NCBI GenBank assembly: GCA_018650085.1 | Contig: JABIGQ010000038.1 | Coordinates: forward strand, 4,388-68,387 | Source of the DNA: Candidatus Magasanikiibacteriota bacterium | GTDB lineage: Bacteria > Patescibacteriota > Patescibacteriia > Magasanikbacterales > UBA922 | DNA length: 64,000 nucleotides | Direction of reading: 5' to 3' | Part shown: piece by piece, positions 59,485 to 64,000 of the stretch | How the letters are laid out: each line of letters opens with the position of its first letter | How positions within the stretch are numbered: the first letter of the stretch is position 1 | Program-made: the position numbers and the translations under genes | The notes under the pieces: model-generated | Database searches by the model: none | What the model saw: the letters and a program-made list of their open reading frames with translations, nothing else | What the model was told of the DNA's origin: nothing

Positions 59485-60237
59485 ATGATACATATCCTCA
59501 TATTGTTTATTATTGGTGTATTGCTAGGTAGTTTTCTCAATGCATGGATCTGGAGGACAAGAGAAAAAAAGTCTATTGTGCGTGGTAGGTCTATTTGTCC
59601 TTTATGTGGAGCAAGTATTATGTGGTTTGATAATATTCCTGTGATAAGTTTTTTGATTCTCGCTGGAAAATGTAGGGCGTGTAAAAAACCAATTGCTTTA
59701 CGCTATCCTATAGTAGAATTATTTGTAGGAATTGTATTTGCATATACTTATTGGAAACATGGGATGATATCGTTGGAGCTTATCCGTGATCTTTTTATTA
59801 TATTTTTTCTTACCTTTGTTTTTGTTTATGATTTATTCTATAAAGAAATTTGGGATCGTGCCAGTACTATTCCTGCAATTATCCTTGCATTGTTTACGTT
59901 AATATATGGATGGATGGCGTGGCAATCTATGCTTATTGGGGCTTTGGTTGGAGCTGGATTTTTTTTATTACAATTTGTCATTTCAAAAGGAAAATGGATT
60001 GGAGGAGGGGATATTCGATTGGGATTATTTATGGGAGTTATTTTAGGATGGCCACATATTTTAGTAGCACTTATGATTGCATATGTTGTAGGTGCTGTGA
60101 TAAGTATAATACTTATGGCATTAAAAAAGAAAACATTGGCGAGTGAAACTCCATTTGGTACGTATCTAGCATTTGCTACCGTTCTGACTATGTTTTGGGG
60201 AGAGCAAATTATGAGTTGGTATATTGGGTTGTTATAA
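59485..60237 (+). CDS. pilD: Prepilin peptidase
   Basis: GSFLN, RSICPLC, NIPVISF..GKCRAC, YPIVE, GGGDIRL and PFGTYL motifs. Confidence 0.95.
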   Translation: MIHILILFIIGVLLGSFLNAWIWRTREKKSIVRGRSICPLCGASIMWFDNIPVISFLILAGKCRACKKPIALRYPIVELFVGIVFAYTYWKHGMISLELIRDLFIIFFLTFVFVYDLFYKEIWDRASTIPAIILALFTLIYGWMAWQSMLIGALVGAGFFLLQFVISKGKWIGGGDIRLGLFMGVILGWPHILVALMIAYVVGAVISIILMALKKKTLASETPFGTYLAFATVLTMFWGEQIMSWYIGLL

Positions 60238-60243
60238 TAGTAT

Positions 60244-62274
60244 ATGAATAATATAAAAGAAAAAATACAAAATTTAAGAAAACAAATAGATGAACTCAGG
60301 TACAAATACCATGTACTTAACGATCCAGAAGTAACGGATGCTATGTATCAGGGACTTATGGATGAGCTTATCAAACTGGAAGAAGAGTATCCAGAATATA
60401 AAACAGCAGATTCTCCTACACAAAGAGTAGCAGGGGCTGTTTTAGATTCATTTGAAAAAGTTCCGCATAGTGTACAACAATGGTCTTTTGGGGATGCATT
60501 TAATGAAGAAGATTTGAAAAATTGGGAAGAGAGAAATATTCGTATTTTAGAAAAAGAATTAGGTCATGTTCCTGAAGATTTAGATTATACGGTTGAGTTA
60601 AAAATTGATGGGCTTCATGCAGTGTTAACTTATAAAAAAGGGTTATTAGAAGTAGCGGCAACTCGTGGAGATGGAAAAGTCGGAGAAAATATAACAGAGC
60701 ATATAAAAATGATGCCAACGGTTCCTATCCGCCTTTCCGAAGATGTAGATATAATCGTAGAGGGAGAAATCTGGATGAATGAAGAAATCATGAAAGAACT
60801 AAATAAAAAGCGCGCTAAAGAAGAAAAACCTCTTTTTGCAAATCCAAGAAACGCTGCAGCAGGAACTGTTCGTCAATTGGATTCAAACATGGTAAAAGAA
60901 AGAAAGCTTGCTTGTACGGTTTATGATATTTCTAAGTATGATGAATCTCAAGATTCGAATGTGGATATTACTTCACAAGCAGTAGAATTAAAAAGTCTTG
61001 AAAATTTAGGTTTTCTTACGGATCATCATTGGAAAGTGTGTAAAAATGTTTCTGAGATCATTGCGTTTTATGATACATGGACAGGGAAGCAACGAAGCTT
61101 GGATTTTTGGATTGATGGGCTGGTAGTAAAGGTAAATAAAAAGAAGTATCAAGATATATTGGGGTATACAGGAAAATCTCCACGTTGGGGGATTGCCATG
61201 AAATTTCCAGCAGAGCAGGGGACAACACGCATTAAAGATATTTATGTGCAAGTAGGGCGTACAGGTGCGCTAACTCCTGTAGCACATATGGATCCTGTAG
61301 CACTTGCGGGAACCACGGTTACTCATGCGACATTACATAATTTTGAAGAGATTTCACGTTTGGATGTGCGAGTAGGAGATGTGGTTGTGGTAGAAAAGGC
61401 AGGAGACATTATCCCAAAAGTAGTTCGAGTGCTCACAAAAATGCGTACAGGAGAAGAAAAGAAAATTGAAGCTCCAGAGATTTGTCCAATTTGTCATGCA
61501 GAAGTATCTCAAAGAGAAATTCAAGGTAAAAAAGAAAAATCAGTCGCATACTTTTGTACAAATAAAAAATGTTTTTCTAAAGAGTTGAAAAATATTATTC
61601 ATTTTGTTTCTAAAAAAGCTTTTAATATAGATGGATTTGGGAAAAGAATTGTAGAACAGTTTCTCGAGTTGGGACTTATAAAAAACATAGCAGATATATT
61701 TACCTTATCAGAAGGAGATATTTCAGTTCTTGAAGGATTTGGAGAAAAATCTGCTATAAAACTTATTTCAGCAATAAAAAAAGCAAGACAAGTTGCTTTT
61801 GATAAATTTTTATTTTCACTTGGGATTCATCATGTAGGAGAAGAAAGTGCAGTGCTTCTTGCAAATACTTTTGAAAATATAGAAGCCTTGCAGATTGCTA
61901 GTCAAGAAGAAATTGAAGAAATAAATGAACTAGGGCCAAAGATGGCAGAATCACTTTTTCAATATTTTCGAGATGAAGAAAATGTAGAACTTCTAAAAGA
62001 ATTGTTTGAAAATGGAGTAGAAATTGTTTATGAAAAGAAAAAAGAAAAAGGGGAGCTTCCTTTTGAAGGAAAAACTTTTGTCATCACAGGAACGCTTGAA
62101 GGAATGAGTAGAGATGAAGTAAAAGAAAAAATCAGAACTTATGGCGGAAGCATTTCTTCTTCTGTGAGTAAAAAGACAGATTATTTACTTGCAGGAGAGA
62201 GTGCTGGGAGTAAATTGGAGAAGGCGAAGAAGCTTGGGGTTGCGGTTGTGGGGTTGGAAATTTTTGGTGTATAA
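60244..62274 (+). CDS. ligA: NAD-dependent DNA ligase
   Basis: ELKIDG, TRGDG, NPRNAAAG, QVGRTG, zinc finger, HhH and BRCT (FVITGTL...SVSKKTD). Confidence 0.97.
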   Translation: MNNIKEKIQNLRKQIDELRYKYHVLNDPEVTDAMYQGLMDELIKLEEEYPEYKTADSPTQRVAGAVLDSFEKVPHSVQQWSFGDAFNEEDLKNWEERNIRILEKELGHVPEDLDYTVELKIDGLHAVLTYKKGLLEVAATRGDGKVGENITEHIKMMPTVPIRLSEDVDIIVEGEIWMNEEIMKELNKKRAKEEKPLFANPRNAAAGTVRQLDSNMVKERKLACTVYDISKYDESQDSNVDITSQAVELKSLENLGFLTDHHWKVCKNVSEIIAFYDTWTGKQRSLDFWIDGLVVKVNKKKYQDILGYTGKSPRWGIAMKFPAEQGTTRIKDIYVQVGRTGALTPVAHMDPVALAGTTVTHATLHNFEEISRLDVRVGDVVVVEKAGDIIPKVVRVLTKMRTGEEKKIEAPEICPICHAEVSQREIQGKKEKSVAYFCTNKKCFSKELKNIIHFVSKKAFNIDGFGKRIVEQFLELGLIKNIADIFTLSEGDISVLEGFGEKSAIKLISAIKKARQVAFDKFLFSLGIHHVGEESAVLLANTFENIEALQIASQEEIEEINELGPKMAESLFQYFRDEENVELLKELFENGVEIVYEKKKEKGELPFEGKTFVITGTLEGMSRDEVKEKIRTYGGSISSSVSKKTDYLLAGESAGSKLEKAKKLGVAVVGLEIFGV

Positions 62275-62327
62275 TAAAAATATTGGAGTATGTTTAATCA
62301 TGTATATCTATTTATAAATTATTTTTT

Positions 62328-64000
62328 ATGGATTTAAAAAGAAAACAAGATATTCGTAGTTTTTCTATTGAACATGGTCAAGAACGGAGAAATAAAGTTG
62401 CTGGAGAGATACGAGAGCAAAGAAAAAAAAATTTTGATAGGAAACAGCAGCTTCATGATGCGATTGAAGAATTATTAGAAAAAATAAAAGAAAAAGAATT
62501 AGATGTAGAACAGGTTGTGGAAGAAATTAGTGGGTTTCAGGAATATATTTTAAATATGGAAAGTTTTCTTATTCAAAAATTTCTTAAGTATTTTGAAATA
62601 AAGCATATTCAAGAGACTCTTCAAGAGAAAGAGGAACAAAAAAGTGAGTTGGTAGAATCCTATACCCAAATGAAAATGTTATTAGATGAATTGCAGATGC
62701 AGAGAGAAAATAGGAGTGAACTTGAGGAAGCAAAAAATATATTAGATAAATTTTATCATGAAGAGAATGAGCGTTGGGGAGAGTATAAAGAAGAAGAAAA
62801 AGCAAGGAGTGTAGAAGAAATTATCCGAGAATATGATAATTTTTTTGTCCATGGAATTAATCCAAAATATGTTCCATTACTTAATTCTATGTTAAATAGA
62901 GGAGTGGAATGGCAAAAAAAATTAAGAATTCTTTTAAGTTTAGAGCCATCATTATCCACATCTACGATAGAAAGTGGGGATGATTATACAAATATATGGT
63001 CTCGTATGGGTGTTGTTTTAAATGGAGGGCGTGTTGCAGGAGCACACCCGTTAGATGCTGGGACACAGGCAACTTCGTTAAATAATAGAATTGGGATTAC
63101 AGGGAATAGTGCAGATATTGAAAAAGATATCAAACGAGCTATTTCTGAAAAAAATAGATATAATGAATTCGTATTAGAGCAACCACAAGTAGCAGGTTTT
63201 TATGTTTGTATAGAAGATATAGGTGGTGAACAAAAGGATCTAGTCGATTTTTCTGAAATTTATTTAGAAACACAAGAGCTTGATATGCCTTTATTTGTAT
63301 TAGAACATGGTGAAATGTATGAGGCTATATATGATGAACAAAGCAATAGGCTTACCCCGGGGAAAAAAGTTTCTCCACAAGAAATGCTTACTACTCAATA
63401 TGATTTATCTGAAGATAGAAGAAATGAATTAGTAGATGAAATTCTCACAGATTCTCCATTTAAGATTAAATCTCCTGAACTACAGTATATTGATAGTCGT
63501 TCGACAGGTCAGCAAACATATTTAGAACTTTTACAACCAAAAGATGGTAATGAAGTTGTATATGAACAAGATAAAAGAAATGTTGGAACAGCTCGTTTAG
63601 AACAAGGAGATTCTTTAACATTGATATCAAAGGTAGAAGGTCCTTCAGAGGTAGTAAGATATTTTTCCCAAGATGGAAAAATAATAAGAGAACGAGTGTA
63701 TAGAGGGAAGGAGGAGGCTATTATTGACATACTTGATAGGAAAGAATCTTTATCTAGTGTAAAATTAGGTATTTTTTTTATAGAGCCTTTTGAAAGAGGA
63801 TTGAAAACAACGGATGATTATTTACAAGGGATGAGAGAAAAATTAATAGAGCTAAGAAAAGAAATAGAGGAAGAGGATGAAGATGCATTTAGAAAAAAAT
63901 TATTGGGAATGTATGCTTTTCATATTTATGGATTTATGGAAGAAGCCAAAAAACATAGCGATGAAGATGCTGTCCAAAAGGCCTTTGTTCTTGCTAATGA
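62328..64000 (+). CDS. Large hypothetical protein (runs off the window): coiled coil plus putative ADP-ribosyltransferase-like domain
   Basis: Open frame from ATG 62328 to the window end, so absent from the ORF track. MDLKRKQDIRSF... coiled coil, then FFVHG, LSTST, MGVVL, DAGT and YNEFV. Confidence 0.7.
   Translation, partial: MDLKRKQDIRSFSIEHGQERRNKVAGEIREQRKKNFDRKQQLHDAIEELLEKIKEKELDVEQVVEEISGFQEYILNMESFLIQKFLKYFEIKHIQETLQEKEEQKSELVESYTQMKMLLDELQMQRENRSELEEAKNILDKFYHEENERWGEYKEEEKARSVEEIIREYDNFFVHGINPKYVPLLNSMLNRGVEWQKKLRILLSLEPSLSTSTIESGDDYTNIWSRMGVVLNGGRVAGAHPLDAGTQATSLNNRIGITGNSADIEKDIKRAISEKNRYNEFVLEQPQVAGFYVCIEDIGGEQKDLVDFSEIYLETQELDMPLFVLEHGEMYEAIYDEQSNRLTPGKKVSPQEMLTTQYDLSEDRRNELVDEILTDSPFKIKSPELQYIDSRSTGQQTYLELLQPKDGNEVVYEQDKRNVGTARLEQGDSLTLISKVEGPSEVVRYFSQDGKIIRERVYRGKEEAIIDILDRKESLSSVKLGIFFIEPFERGLKTTDDYLQGMREKLIELRKEIEEEDEDAFRKKLLGMYAFHIYGFMEEAKKHSDEDAVQKAFVLAN

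Noticed and set aside
1-64000. CRISPR array or cas genes
   Set aside because: No regularly spaced direct repeats with unique spacers and no Cas-like ORF seen.
1-64000. Genetic code 25 (TGA read as Gly)
   Set aside because: Conserved genes are full length under code 11 and several end properly at TGA (tsaD, trmH, gltX).

Overview
Chromosomal window from an AT-rich, small-genome bacterium. Gene content and style point to Patescibacteria/CPR, probably Parcubacteria or ABY1-like (inference): short intergenic spaces, mostly SD-less core genes, a short TsaB and UvrC, type IV pilus genes and CPR-type hypotheticals. The standard genetic code fits. Core genes are secD/secF, dnaE, tsaD/tsaB, clpB, gltX, typA, uvrC, dusB, dnaG-rpoD, pilM/pilin/pilD, ligA, tRNA-Glu(TTC) and tRNA-Thr(GGT). 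There is also an Rrf2-iscS-iscU-DUF59-ferredoxin Fe-S locus and a type II glutamine synthetase. Two co-oriented accessory gene runs follow glnII (28.4-34.4 kb) and gltX (41.8-46.8 kb); the second includes a REP-associated tyrosine transposase. The most interesting observations are: (1) a 157-aa putative BECR/RelE-like nuclease gene facing an unannotated ~90-nt structured RNA with its own promoter and terminator, a candidate RNA-antitoxin toxin-antitoxin module (21309-21908); (2) a 94-bp dispersed hairpin element in four copies with compensatory base changes, among several other palindromic miniature elements; (3) a window-terminal ORF missing from the ORF track that carries ADP-ribosyltransferase-like motifs; (4) a symmetric variant CIRCE operator at clpB. 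All functional calls are from motif recognition by eye; no database searches were run.
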